Numbered from the stretch's first letter, positions 19,171 to 29,290 are shown. The stretch: 64,000 nt of DNA from Bacilli bacterium (GCA_918272565.1 CAKJYW010000021.1:1294-65293), one strand, 5' to 3'. Translations and numbers: made by a program. Notes: generated by a model not told the origin, from the sequence alone.

Positions 19171-21090
19171 TTGAGTGAGAATAAAAAAACATGCTATGTA
19201 ACAACGCCAATTTATTATGCTAGTGGCAATGTTCACATCGGTAATTCCTATTCAACAATCGTTTGCGATTGTTTTGCTAGATACAACCGTCTAAAAGGCG
19301 TTGACACATTCTATCTAACAGGAATGGATGAACATGGACTTAAGATTGAGGAAGCTGCTAAAAAGCAAGGAATTACACCTCAAGAGCTAGTTGATAAAGT
19401 GGCTGGTGAAACAAAAGCTTTATGGAAGAATTTAAATATAACTAATGATGATTTCATTAGAACAAGTGAAAAGCGTCATTCAGAAAAGGTTCAAAGAATA
19501 TTTGAAAAGATGTTAGCTAATGGTGACATCTATCTTGGAAGTTACGAAGGCGATTATTGTGTATCATGTGAAGCTTATTTCACTAAGACGCAACTTGGTG
19601 AAGGTGGGACTTGCCCTGATTGTGGGAAACCAACTAGAAAAGTAAAAGAAGAAGCTTATTTCCTTAATTTAAAGAAATATAGTGATCGTTTACTTGACTT
19701 TATTGAAACTCATCCTGATTTTATTCAACCAGAATCAAGAAAGAACGAAGTTGTTTCCTTTATTAAGTCAGGCTTAGAGGATCTTTGTGTTAGTAGAACT
19801 TCATTTACTTGGGGTATCCAAGTACCTTCTAACCCTAAACATGTAATCTATGTTTGGATTGATGCCTTGTCTAACTACATCACTGCTTTAGGATATGATT
19901 CAGAGGATGACGCTAAATATCAAAAATATTGGGTTAATGGCGATGAGGTAGTTCATGTAATTGGTAAAGATATCTTACGTTTCCATGCTATCTACTGGCC
20001 TATTATGTTAATGGCACTAGATGTTCCAATTAATTTCAAGCTTTACGTTCATGGCTGGTATCTAATGAAAGATGGAAAGATGAGTAAGTCTAGAGGCAAT
20101 ATGGTTTATCCAATGGATGTAGCTAGTAAATATGGACTAGACGCTCTAAGATATTACCTAATTAGTCAAATGCCACTTGGAAATGATGCCTTATTTACTT
20201 ATGATAGATTCTTTGAGAAATTCAATACTAATTTAGCTAATGATTTAGGTAATTTAGTAAGTAGAACTATTTCGATGATTAATAAATATTTCTTAGGTGA
20301 AGTTAAAAAACCTACTAAAGATTATTTTTCTTTTGATAAAGAATTAGAAGACTTAACTGAAGAAACAATCAATAAATATCATGAGGCATTCTCAGCATTT
20401 AGATTCCAAAATGGTATTATTAGTGTTTGGGAATTAATCGGTAGAGCTAATAAATATATCGATGAAACTGAACCTTGGGTTCTAGCAAAAGATCCTGAAA
20501 AGCGTGATGCGCTTAATTCTGTAATGTATCATTTATATGAAGTTATTAGAAATGTGGCTATGATGATTAATCCAGTTATGCCTGATGCTTCATCTAAGAT
20601 TGCTACATACTTAAATACTAATATCGACTTTAGTTTATTAGGATACGGAAAAATCGAATCTAATAAAGTTGTTGAAAAATGCGATGCCTTATTTAAGCGC
20701 CTTGATATCGAAGCAGAGCTTAAAGCGTTAGATGCCGCAAAAGAAGCGAGTGAGGTAAAAGAAGTATTCAAAGATGAAATAACTATTGAAGACTTTGCAA
20801 AACTTGATTTAAGAGTTGGTGAAGTATTAGAAGCTAGAAAACTAGAAAAGAGCGATAAATTACTTGTTTTAAAGATCAAAATTGGTAATAGCGTTCGTCA
20901 AGTTGTTTCTGGTATTTCTAAATTCTATGAACCAAGCGAGATGGTTGGTAAACATGTAGTTGTTGTAGCGAACCTAAAGAGCGCAATGCTACGTGGAGAA
21001 AAATCTGAAGGCATGATTTTAGCTGCATCAACTGATGATAAATTAGAAGTGATAGAAGTTAAGCTTCCATCAGGTAGTAAGGTAAGCTAA
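19171..21090 (+). CDS. metG: methionine--tRNA ligase with C-terminal tRNA-binding (EMAP/Trbp111-like) domain
   Basis: 'TTPIYYASGNVHIGN', 'KMSKS', zinc knuckle 'CVSCEAY...CPDCG'. C-terminal 'DLRVGEVLEA...KLLVLKIKIG'. The likely start is TTG 19171 (LSENKKTCYV = the usual MetRS N-terminus); the ORF-track start 19147 overlaps pfkA. Confidence 0.9.
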   Translation: MSENKKTCYVTTPIYYASGNVHIGNSYSTIVCDCFARYNRLKGVDTFYLTGMDEHGLKIEEAAKKQGITPQELVDKVAGETKALWKNLNITNDDFIRTSEKRHSEKVQRIFEKMLANGDIYLGSYEGDYCVSCEAYFTKTQLGEGGTCPDCGKPTRKVKEEAYFLNLKKYSDRLLDFIETHPDFIQPESRKNEVVSFIKSGLEDLCVSRTSFTWGIQVPSNPKHVIYVWIDALSNYITALGYDSEDDAKYQKYWVNGDEVVHVIGKDILRFHAIYWPIMLMALDVPINFKLYVHGWYLMKDGKMSKSRGNMVYPMDVASKYGLDALRYYLISQMPLGNDALFTYDRFFEKFNTNLANDLGNLVSRTISMINKYFLGEVKKPTKDYFSFDKELEDLTEETINKYHEAFSAFRFQNGIISVWELIGRANKYIDETEPWVLAKDPEKRDALNSVMYHLYEVIRNVAMMINPVMPDASSKIATYLNTNIDFSLLGYGKIESNKVVEKCDALFKRLDIEAELKALDAAKEASEVKEVFKDEITIEDFAKLDLRVGEVLEARKLEKSDKLLVLKIKIGNSVRQVVSGISKFYEPSEMVGKHVVVVANLKSAMLRGEKSEGMILAASTDDKLEVIEVKLPSGSKVS

Positions 21091-21092
21091 AG

Positions 21093-21998
21093 ATGGAAAG
21101 AGAAAAGTTTAGATTTACTAAGCACGATATCACTTCATTTGTTGGTGTTTTTATTGGAACAGGTATTTATTGTTTTGGAATTGTTTATATTCTTAACATG
21201 GCCTGCTTTTATGGTGGTGGAGTAACTGGTTTAGCCCAATTAATCATGAGAGTTTTAGAACGTCTCACTGGTTGGGATTTATCTTATGTGTTAAGTGCCT
21301 TTATTACACTTATTAATATTCCACTATTTATCTTAGGATGGAAGAAAGTAAGTAGAAAATTTGCGATATTAACTCTATTTTCAATTTTACTTCAAACTTT
21401 ATTTACTATTCCTTTCACATATTTTTATAATCAAGGTTTTTCACCTTTCGCAATCTTTAGTGAAAGTAAAATCACTTTAGCAATTTTAGCTGGATTAATT
21501 ATGGGATTTGCTCAAGGTATTGGTTTAAGAGTTGGTGGCTCTACTGGTGGAACTGATATCATCAGTCAAGCGTATGCTTTTAAAACAAAATCTTCATTTG
21601 TTAGTATCTCATTCTATATTAACTTTGTTATCATTGCTTTAGGTGGACTTTTAAACGGACTAGAAGCAGCCGTTTATACAATCATTTACCTAATAATGAG
21701 TGTAACTATTTTAGGTAAAGTATTTACTGTTTATAAATATATGCGTGTAACAATTGTTACTGAGGAAAAAGGAAGATTAAAAGAAGAAATATTAAAGAGA
21801 TTTAATCACGGGTTAACAATTTATCAAGCTGTTGGGGCTTATAGTAATACTCCAAAATATGTTTTAGAAACAATCGTTTCTTCATATGAGGTTAGAGAAT
21901 ATAAGACTTTAGCACGTAGAGTTGACCCTGGTTGCTTTATAGCCGTTATTGAAGTAAAAAGTATTGATGGATTTTTCAATCAAAACGCTGTTGCATAA
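21093..21998 (+). CDS. YitT family membrane protein (DUF2179 C-terminal domain)
   Basis: Five or six TM helices with 'GGVTGLAQ' and 'GGSTGGTDI' repeats. The soluble C-terminal domain has the typical YitT architecture. Confidence 0.75.
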   Translation: MEREKFRFTKHDITSFVGVFIGTGIYCFGIVYILNMACFYGGGVTGLAQLIMRVLERLTGWDLSYVLSAFITLINIPLFILGWKKVSRKFAILTLFSILLQTLFTIPFTYFYNQGFSPFAIFSESKITLAILAGLIMGFAQGIGLRVGGSTGGTDIISQAYAFKTKSSFVSISFYINFVIIALGGLLNGLEAAVYTIIYLIMSVTILGKVFTVYKYMRVTIVTEEKGRLKEEILKRFNHGLTIYQAVGAYSNTPKYVLETIVSSYEVREYKTLARRVDPGCFIAVIEVKSIDGFFNQNAVA

Positions 21999-22015
21999 TT
22001 TAGGAGGACAAAGAA

Positions 22016-24340
22016 GTGAAAAAGAAGATTTGTTGTTTGTTGATTCTCTTAGTGGCTTTAATAGCGCTTTTGCCTATTAGCCTACATGCAGAAAGTGCTA
22101 AGTTTTTTACAATTGGAGCAAATCCTGCTGAAGATTGTAATACTAGCATGAACATTGTTTGGCACACTGAAAAAGGTGTCACTGGATCTTATGTTTTATA
22201 CACAGAAAAAGAAGATGCTAGTTGGTCTAATGCTAGAAGAGTTGATGGTGAAGCTACACTAAATACTGCTTTTGCTGGTAAAAATGCTTGTTATGGCACA
22301 ACTAGCGATTCATTAAAAGTGCCTTATGAATTTATGAAAAATGAGGCAACGCTTGAAGGATTAGAGCCTGGAACAAAATACATGTATAAAATAACTGATG
22401 GAACTGAAGAGAGTGACGTTAGATATTTTAAGACTGGTGATCAAGAATTCACTTTTATTTGGACTAGTGACTTCCACGCTTATAGTGGTGGAGGACGTCT
22501 TGCTAATGCCACAAAAGCAATTGATGCGGCACTAGATTTAGCAAATAACAATGTTGATTTTATGTTCTCTACTGGTGATATTGTTGCGCACGGTGGAACT
22601 TATCAATGGTGGAACCAAGTTAGTGGCGCTAGTTGGTATAAGAATTATATGTTTTGCTCTACTTTAGGTAACCATGACTGGATGACTAGAGTTGATACAT
22701 ATTATTCAACTGGTGCATCATACGGATTCTTCGATGCATGTTTCAATAATCCAAAGAACGGATTTAGTGGGCAAGAAAATGTATGCTATTATTTCTATTA
22801 TGGAGATGCTCTATTTATTTGTGTTAACACTGAAACTGAAAGTGCTTTGTATCTTGATATGACAAAAGATGAATTTGTTAAAGCACAACAAGATTGGGTA
22901 GAAGAAGTTCTACAAAATAACACTGCTCAATATATCTTCTTGTTCCAACACTACCAAGCATTCTCTACAGCTGGTGGATATAATAGCGCTGGTTATACTC
23001 GTTGGCATGAAATATGCGATAAATATGGCGTTGATATCATGTTTACAGGTAATAGCCATGTTTATATGAGATCTCTACCTCTTTATAAAGACCAAGTATC
23101 TACTGATCAATCAAAAGGAACAGTTTACATGGTTGCTCCTAGTAGTGATGGTGATAGAGGTGTTGAATACAAAGCCCCAACAAGCCACACTGACCAAATT
23201 GTAGCTTCTTGGAGTGGAGTTTCTGCTATTGGTGCAAGTTTAGTTAAAGTTACTCAAGACGGAATTAGCATTAGATTAATTGGATATGATGCTAAAACTG
23301 AATCTGAAAGCGATATGAGAATTCTAGATACATCTAGAGTCCTACCAAAGCGTGGACCAAGTGAAAGAGCATATAAAGATTTAGAAGGCTTTGATAAAGC
23401 TCAATTTGAAGAATCATTTGCTATTCAAGTAAATCAAAAGAGTTTATCTACTCCTAAAGTATTATTTAGTAATGAAGCATACAACGTTTTAAGAAGCATG
23501 AAAGTATATAATAAAGATACTGGCACAGTTTATTACGATGGTGTTTTCCAAGATGGTGCTTCTAACTATGTTTTAGGTGGCGTTGAAAAAGGAAAACTTA
23601 ATATTGGAATCCTTTTAAGATATTTTGATTCTACTGAAAAAGAACTGTCAATTGAAGTTGATAATAACTATAAATGGGGAAGTATCTCTAATCCAAGAAT
23701 TACTAAAGGTAGTGAAAAAGACTACATCGAATGGAATGAAGAAGTAAATGAAACAAGAATTAGTTCGATTGAAGTATTGATGGATGGTGAGCTTTACAAG
23801 AAAGTTGCAGCTGGTACAAAGAAAGTGGCTTTGCCAGCAGATGACGGAGCTAGACATAAATTGCAACTAGTTGTAAAAGATATTGATGGAGATATCGTTT
23901 ATTCATCTGAAGAAATTAGTTATCCTTTAGTTAAGACATATACTGTTACCTTTGTTGATCCATTTGGTAAAACAATAAAGAGTGAAACTGTTGAAGAAGG
24001 AAAGAGTGCAACGGCTCCTGACTTTACTCCTCAAGAAGGATTTAGATTTGTGGGATGGGACACTGACTTTAGTAATGTTACTAAAGATTTAGTAGTTAAT
24101 GCTAAAATAGAAGAAATAGAGGAACCAGATGTAATAGAACCAGGAAATGTTGATGAGCCTACTACACCAGATACCCCTGATACTCCAGATGAGCCAACTA
24201 CTCCTGATACTCCAGATACACCTGAACCAATCAGCCCAGCTCCTACAAAGAAAGGCTGCGGAAGCGCTGCAATTCAATCTGTTTGGTATATCATCAGTAT
24301 CTTAGGATTGGCATTTGTTTTAAGAAAAAGATATAATTAA
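22016..24340 (+). CDS. secreted, membrane-anchored purple-acid-phosphatase-like metallophosphoesterase with Listeria-Bacteroides repeat and Pro/Thr stalk
   Basis: GTG start 8 nt after GGAGG. Signal peptide; PAP-N-like 'NIVWHT'; calcineurin-like motifs 'SDFH', 'GDIVAHGG', 'GNHD', 'GNSHVY'. 'YTVTFVD...GFRFVGWDTDF' repeat, a PDTPDTPDEPTT stalk and a C-terminal TM. Confidence 0.75.
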   Translation: MKKKICCLLILLVALIALLPISLHAESAKFFTIGANPAEDCNTSMNIVWHTEKGVTGSYVLYTEKEDASWSNARRVDGEATLNTAFAGKNACYGTTSDSLKVPYEFMKNEATLEGLEPGTKYMYKITDGTEESDVRYFKTGDQEFTFIWTSDFHAYSGGGRLANATKAIDAALDLANNNVDFMFSTGDIVAHGGTYQWWNQVSGASWYKNYMFCSTLGNHDWMTRVDTYYSTGASYGFFDACFNNPKNGFSGQENVCYYFYYGDALFICVNTETESALYLDMTKDEFVKAQQDWVEEVLQNNTAQYIFLFQHYQAFSTAGGYNSAGYTRWHEICDKYGVDIMFTGNSHVYMRSLPLYKDQVSTDQSKGTVYMVAPSSDGDRGVEYKAPTSHTDQIVASWSGVSAIGASLVKVTQDGISIRLIGYDAKTESESDMRILDTSRVLPKRGPSERAYKDLEGFDKAQFEESFAIQVNQKSLSTPKVLFSNEAYNVLRSMKVYNKDTGTVYYDGVFQDGASNYVLGGVEKGKLNIGILLRYFDSTEKELSIEVDNNYKWGSISNPRITKGSEKDYIEWNEEVNETRISSIEVLMDGELYKKVAAGTKKVALPADDGARHKLQLVVKDIDGDIVYSSEEISYPLVKTYTVTFVDPFGKTIKSETVEEGKSATAPDFTPQEGFRFVGWDTDFSNVTKDLVVNAKIEEIEEPDVIEPGNVDEPTTPDTPDTPDEPTTPDTPDTPEPISPAPTKKGCGSAAIQSVWYIISILGLAFVLRKRYN
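24155..24226 (+). repeat. 2 x 36-bp imperfect tandem repeat encoding EPTTPDTPDTP(D/E)
   Basis: GAGCCTACTACACCAGATACCCCTGATACTCCAGAT / GAGCCAACTACTCCTGATACTCCAGATACACCTGAA. The differences are mostly at third codon positions. Confidence 0.85.
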
Positions 24341-24347
24341 TTGAATT

Positions 24348-24376
24348 AAATGGTCTAATTATTTAGACCATTTTTT
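24348..24376 (+). terminator. rho-independent terminator
   Basis: 10-bp stem AAATGGTCTA / TAGACCATTT, 6-nt loop, then a T run. Confidence 0.8.
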
Positions 24377-24404
24377 GCTTCAACTAAAAAAAGTTAAAAA
24401 TCAA

Positions 24405-24433
24405 TTGACAAATTAGCCTAAATATAATATAAT
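24405..24433 (+). promoter_or_regulatory. sigma-A type promoter of rplM-rpsI
   Basis: TTGACA (24405-24410), 17-nt spacer, TATAAT (24428-24433). Confidence 0.65.
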
Positions 24434-24445
24434 ATACAAGGTACA

Positions 24446-24507
24446 TTTTTATTGATCCCACAATAAATATTAAGCCCTGCTGTATCAAATATCCCACGTA
24501 TTTGATA
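24446..24507 (+). promoter_or_regulatory. candidate ribosomal-protein (L13) leader: two hairpins with the same loop motif
   Basis: Hairpin 1: 24448-54 / 24461-67, loop ATCCCA. Hairpin 2: 24483-91 / 24499-507, loop TCCCACG. Both lie in the ~100-nt 5' UTR of rplM. Confidence 0.35.
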
Positions 24508-24540
24508 AATTTATTAATAAATAAATAACAGGAGAAAAAA

Positions 24541-24978
24541 ATGCAAAAAACTTATATGGCTAACGCCCAAACAATCGAACGTAAATGGTACGTTGTCGAT
24601 GCAACAGATTTAGTTTTAGGTCGTTTATCTACAGAAGTAGCTAGTCTACTTAAAGGTAAATTAAAACCTATTTGGACTCCACATGTTGACTGTGGTGATT
24701 ATGTTATTATCGTTAATGCTGAAAAGGTAGCTTTAACTGGTAGTAAATTAGATGAAAAATTATATTATCGTCATTCAGGATATCCTGGTGGATTAAAACA
24801 AAGAACAGCTAAGAGAATGTTAGAATTACAACCTCAAAAAGTTCTTGAAAAATCTATCAGAGGTATGCTTCCTAAGAACAAATTAGGTGATGACATGTAT
24901 AGAAAACTTTATGTTTATGCAGGACCTGAACATCCACATCAAGCCCAAAAACCTGAAGTTTATACATTGAGAGGCTAG
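24541..24978 (+). CDS. rplM: 50S ribosomal protein L13
   Basis: 'KWYVVDA...VLGRL.S.VA..L.GK....TPH.D.GD.VI..NA'. Length 145 aa. Confidence 0.95.
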   Translation: MQKTYMANAQTIERKWYVVDATDLVLGRLSTEVASLLKGKLKPIWTPHVDCGDYVIIVNAEKVALTGSKLDEKLYYRHSGYPGGLKQRTAKRMLELQPQKVLEKSIRGMLPKNKLGDDMYRKLYVYAGPEHPHQAQKPEVYTLRG

Positions 24979-24988
24979 GAGGAAAAAT

Positions 24989-25381
24989 ATGGCACAAGTA
25001 CAATATTATGGTACAGGTAGACGTAAGAGCTCAACAGCTAGAGTACGTTTAGTTCCTGGAACTGGTAAGATTACTATCAATGATCGTGAATTTGCTGAAT
25101 ATATTCCTTCAGCTGCAGTTCGTCTTGACGTTTTACAACCACTTGAAATGACTAACACTGTAACAAGTTACGATGTAATCGTAAATGTTTGTGGTGGAGG
25201 AATCACTGGACAAGCTGGTGCAATCCGTCATGGTATTAGTAGAGCACTACTAGAAGTTAATGCTGACTTCAGACCTGTTCTTAAAAAAGCTGGTATGTTA
25301 ACACGTGACTCACGTGCTAAAGAACGTAAGAAATATGGTCTTAAAAAAGCTCGTCGTTCACCTCAATTCTCAAAGAGATAA
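24989..25381 (+). CDS. rpsI: 30S ribosomal protein S9
   Basis: '[19 protein letters not shown]', C-terminal '[12 protein letters not shown]'. Length 130 aa. Confidence 0.95.
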   Translation: MAQVQYYGTGRRKSSTARVRLVPGTGKITINDREFAEYIPSAAVRLDVLQPLEMTNTVTSYDVIVNVCGGGITGQAGAIRHGISRALLEVNADFRPVLKKAGMLTRDSRAKERKKYGLKKARRSPQFSKR

Positions 25382-25408
25382 TTTGGTGTACAAAGAAACT
25401 CGAAAAAT

Positions 25409-25438
25409 ATGCGAATCTTTTGGGGTTCGCATTTTTTT
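25409..25438 (+). terminator. rho-independent terminator after rpsI
   Basis: Stem ATGCGAA / TTCGCAT flanked by an A run and a T7 run. Confidence 0.7.
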
Positions 25439-25558
25439 ATTTTCTTTATAGATTTAGCTAAAAATATAAATTTTTATATTGTTTTAATAAGTTTTTAAAA
25501 GGTAATTTTACGAAATTTGTTGTATAATACTAATAGTTTTTTTATTAGAGGAATTAAA

Positions 25559-26677
25559 ATGGTTATAGTAAAAAAAGTAGAAACAAAAAAAGAACAAAGA
25601 GAATTTATCGATTTTCCTATTAAATTATATGAAGGAAATGAATATTTTGTTCCATATTTAAGAAGCGGAGAAAAGGCTATTTTTAAAAGCTCACTTCCTT
25701 ATAATAAGGTTTGTGAAGTTGCTTTCTTCAATGCTTATCGTGATGGTAAAATCGTCGGTCGTATTCAAGGAATCATTCAAACTGAAGCTAATTTGAAATG
25801 GGATCAAAAAAGAGCTAGATTCACTAGATTTGATGCTATTGATGACGCGGAAGTATCTAAAGCTTTATTTGATGCTTTTACTTCATGGGCAAAAGAAAAA
25901 GGAATGAATGAAGTTGTTGGTCCTTTAGGATATTCTGATTTAGAGCGTGAAGGGCTACTTATTGAAGGTTTTGAAGAACTTCAAACATTTGAAGAGCAAT
26001 ACAACTACCCATATTATCAAAAACTTATTGAAGATTATGGCTTTAGTAAAGATGTAGACTGGGTTGAGTGCACTTTACGCGCTCCTAAAGAAAGTAGCGA
26101 TAAGCTTTTAAGAGTTAGTAATAAGATGCTTGATAAATACGGACTTCGTATCGTTCAAGAAACAAGCGTTAATAGATTAATTAAAAATTACGCAAAACCT
26201 TTATTTGAGATGATCGATAAGACTTATTCAAGATTATATGGCACAATGCCACTTAATGATGAAATTGTTTCGTCACTAGTTAAAGATTTTAAGATGATCT
26301 TAAGACCAAAAGATGTAGCTTTAATTATGGATAAAGAAGATAAGGTTGTGGGTTTTGCCCTCCTTTTCCCTTCAATTAGTGACGTAGTTAGAAAATCTAA
26401 AGGTAGAATCACTTTACCTTTCTTAATTAGATTTATTAAGACAAAGAAACACCCTAAGGTTTTAGATTTAGGTCTAATTGGAATTAGTCCTGAATATGAA
26501 TCTAAAGGCGTTATAACTGCCTTAATTGGTTTGCTTGTTGAATTTTTAGAAAAAGGTGGAGCTGAACACCTTGAAACTAATTTGATGTTAGAGAACAACA
26601 CTCATATATTGAATTTGATGAAGCATTTTGATCACACATTCAATAAGAGAAGACGTTGTTTTAAAATGGATATTTAA
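25559..26677 (+). CDS. GNAT-fold acyltransferase-like protein (uncharacterised ~370-aa family)
   Basis: ATG 25559 follows GAGGA, and a TG-n-TATAAT -10 lies at 25520-25528, inside the longer ORF-track frame. The N-terminus 'KKVETKKEQREFIDFPIKLYEGNEYFVPYL' and 'RFTRFDAIDD...GPLGYSDLEREGLLIEGFE' resemble proteins usually annotated as GNAT family. Recognition is from memory only. Confidence 0.45.
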   Translation: MVIVKKVETKKEQREFIDFPIKLYEGNEYFVPYLRSGEKAIFKSSLPYNKVCEVAFFNAYRDGKIVGRIQGIIQTEANLKWDQKRARFTRFDAIDDAEVSKALFDAFTSWAKEKGMNEVVGPLGYSDLEREGLLIEGFEELQTFEEQYNYPYYQKLIEDYGFSKDVDWVECTLRAPKESSDKLLRVSNKMLDKYGLRIVQETSVNRLIKNYAKPLFEMIDKTYSRLYGTMPLNDEIVSSLVKDFKMILRPKDVALIMDKEDKVVGFALLFPSISDVVRKSKGRITLPFLIRFIKTKKHPKVLDLGLIGISPEYESKGVITALIGLLVEFLEKGGAEHLETNLMLENNTHILNLMKHFDHTFNKRRRCFKMDI

Positions 26678-26686
26678 GGAATTGTT

Positions 26687-28342
26687 ATGAATTATTTTGA
26701 TTATAAAGCACTTGACGGAGTGATGTTTCAAGAACTAATCTTGTCAGGTGCCGCAAAGTTAGAAAAAAACATTGATAAGATCAATGATTTGAATGTCTTT
26801 CCTATTCCTGATGGAGATACGGGAGATAATATGTTTTTAACCCTCAATGGGGGAATAAAAAAGATGGTGGATGAAGCTGATACCTCTTTAGCTAAAAAAG
26901 CTAGTGCTTTAGCTGAAGGGATGCTATTTAATGCTAGAGGTAATAGTGGAGTTATTTTATCGCAACTATTTTCAGGAATCGCCTTAGGTTTTAAAGATTT
27001 AGAAAAAGCTAGTATCACTGATATCATTCATGCTTTTAATGAAGGTGTAAAAAAAGCCTATTCATCAGTTAATCCTCCAGTTGAAGGAACAATGTTAACG
27101 GTAGCTAGAGAACCAGTAGAATTAGTAAGTGGTATTAATTATGAGACTATTGGGGAGTTTGCTAAAACATTACTTGATTACATGTATAAATCACTAGAAA
27201 ACACTCCTGAGCTTCTTAATATCTTAAAAGAAGCAGGAGTAATCGACTCTGGTGGAGCAGGGCTTTATGTTATTTGTGATGGTGTAATGGATGCACTTAA
27301 TGGTAACAGCCTAAAATTAAGTGAAGATAGAGAAAATGATGCTAAATCAATAGACTTTTCTAAATTCACTGAAGATAGTGAACTTGTTTATGGCTATTGT
27401 ACAGAGTTTTTATTGAGATTAATGAATAAAAAAGTTGATGTTGATAAGTTCAATGTCAATGAAATGGTCGATTTTTTAAAGACTATTGGGGATTCGATTG
27501 TAGCATTCAAAGATGGATCAATTGTTAAATGTCACGTTCACACAATGACTCCATATAAAGTTTTAGAGTGTGCTCAAAAATATGGTGAGTTTTTAACAGT
27601 TAAAATTGAAAATATGACTCTTCAACATAATGAAATAACACTTGAAGAAAAAGAAGAAACTTTGCCTACAGTTAAGCGCTCGATGAAAAAATATGCTTCT
27701 ATAGTTGTTAGTGATGGAGAAGGCTTCAAAGATCTTTTTAAAGAGCTTGGAGTTGATGCGGTAATCGATGGTGGTCAAGGTAAGAACCCTTCAATTAATG
27801 ATTTTATCGAATCATTTGATGAAGTGAATGCGGAAAACATCTTTGTATTTCCAAACAACTCAAACATCATCCTAGCTGCTAACCAAGCAAAAGCGCTATA
27901 TGATAAATCAAACATCTTTGTTTTAGAAACAAAGAATGTTGGGGAAGCGTACTCAGCTCTATCAATGCTTGATTATAGTTTAGATGAAGCAAGTGATCTT
28001 TATAATTTGTTAGTTGAAAGCAAAGATTCTTCAATTACTGCTCTAATATGTAAAGCTACTCGTGATGTTAATTTAAATGGAGTAGATGTTAAAGAGAATG
28101 ATTATATTTCTATGATTGGTAAAAAGATCATAGCAAGTAGTTCTTTAATCGAACAAAACGTAGTTGAAACATTAAAGGCAGTTGATGAAGTTAACCTTTT
28201 AACTTTATTCTTTGGTAAAATGGTTTCAAGCATTGATAAAGAAAAGATAAAAGAAGAAATCAAAAAAGAATTTAAAAATATTGAACTATATGATATGGAT
28301 GGTGGACAAGACACTTTCGATATAATAATGATAATAGAATAG
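26687..28342 (+). CDS. fakA: DAK2-domain protein, YloV / fatty-acid kinase subunit A-like
   Basis: 'FPIPDGDTGDNM', 'ARGNSGVILSQ', and ~550 aa with the YloV architecture. A DegV gene follows immediately. Confidence 0.7.
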   Translation: MNYFDYKALDGVMFQELILSGAAKLEKNIDKINDLNVFPIPDGDTGDNMFLTLNGGIKKMVDEADTSLAKKASALAEGMLFNARGNSGVILSQLFSGIALGFKDLEKASITDIIHAFNEGVKKAYSSVNPPVEGTMLTVAREPVELVSGINYETIGEFAKTLLDYMYKSLENTPELLNILKEAGVIDSGGAGLYVICDGVMDALNGNSLKLSEDRENDAKSIDFSKFTEDSELVYGYCTEFLLRLMNKKVDVDKFNVNEMVDFLKTIGDSIVAFKDGSIVKCHVHTMTPYKVLECAQKYGEFLTVKIENMTLQHNEITLEEKEETLPTVKRSMKKYASIVVSDGEGFKDLFKELGVDAVIDGGQGKNPSINDFIESFDEVNAENIFVFPNNSNIILAANQAKALYDKSNIFVLETKNVGEAYSALSMLDYSLDEASDLYNLLVESKDSSITALICKATRDVNLNGVDVKENDYISMIGKKIIASSSLIEQNVVETLKAVDEVNLLTLFFGKMVSSIDKEKIKEEIKKEFKNIELYDMDGGQDTFDIIMIIE

Positions 28343-28351
28343 GAGAACAAA

Positions 28352-29248
28352 ATGAATAAAATTGTTATTATTACTGACTCTAGTAGTTGCTTGGATTCAA
28401 AAACAATGGCTTTGTATGGTGTTAGTGAAATCGTTCCAATGCACTATAGACTAGAAGATAAATTGTTTGATGCTGATGGAGATTGGAAAGTGCAATCACC
28501 AAAAGAATATTACGATATGATGCGTAATGGTGCTTTGTTTAAGTCTGCTCAAATCACATGCGAACAATATAAAGAAGCATTTAAGAAATACTTAGATCAA
28601 GGCTTTGATATTTTATCAATCTCTTGTACAGGAGCTTTATCTTCATCTGTTAAAGAAAGCTTTAGAGCAAAAGACGAACTTGCGCCACTTTATCCTAACC
28701 AAAAAATAGTGTGCGTTGATAGTGCTAACTGCCACTATTCAATGTCAATGATGATTAAAGACGTAGCTAAGATGAGAGATGAAGGAAAGACTTTAGAAGA
28801 TATGGTTGCTTTCATTGAAGAAAATAAACTATTCTATAACGAAATAGGAACAGTAGATAAACTTACATACCTTAGAGCTGCTGGTCGTGTTAGTGCTTCA
28901 GCTGCCTTCTTCGGTGGAATCTTTAGTGTTAAGCCTATCGTGGTTTACGATTTAGAAGGACACAATGTAGCTATAGAAAAGGTAAAAGGTAGGAAAAAGT
29001 CATTTGAGGTAATCGGTGATTATATCGAAAAATATGGTCTAATTAAAGAAAGACCAGAAATTCATATCCTTCATGCTGACTGCTTAGATGAAGCAAAAGA
29101 ACTTGGTGATATCATCCAATCTCATTTTGATTTTGAAATCGAATTTACTTATGGCTACATTGAACCAGGAGTTGGTTCATCAGTTGGACCTGGTGGTATA
29201 ATTATCGCTTTCTATGGAAAGAAAGAACTAAGAGAGTTAAACAAATAA
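28352..29248 (+). CDS. DegV family fatty-acid-binding protein (FakB-like)
   Basis: 'IVIITDSSSCL', 'KSAQIT', 'LSSSV.ES', 'GPGGIIIAF'. Length 298 aa. Confidence 0.8.
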   Translation: MNKIVIITDSSSCLDSKTMALYGVSEIVPMHYRLEDKLFDADGDWKVQSPKEYYDMMRNGALFKSAQITCEQYKEAFKKYLDQGFDILSISCTGALSSSVKESFRAKDELAPLYPNQKIVCVDSANCHYSMSMMIKDVAKMRDEGKTLEDMVAFIEENKLFYNEIGTVDKLTYLRAAGRVSASAAFFGGIFSVKPIVVYDLEGHNVAIEKVKGRKKSFEVIGDYIEKYGLIKERPEIHILHADCLDEAKELGDIIQSHFDFEIEFTYGYIEPGVGSSVGPGGIIIAFYGKKELRELNK

Positions 29249-29290
29249 AGCTACAGTTGATTTATCGAATAAAATAATATATAATATAAG

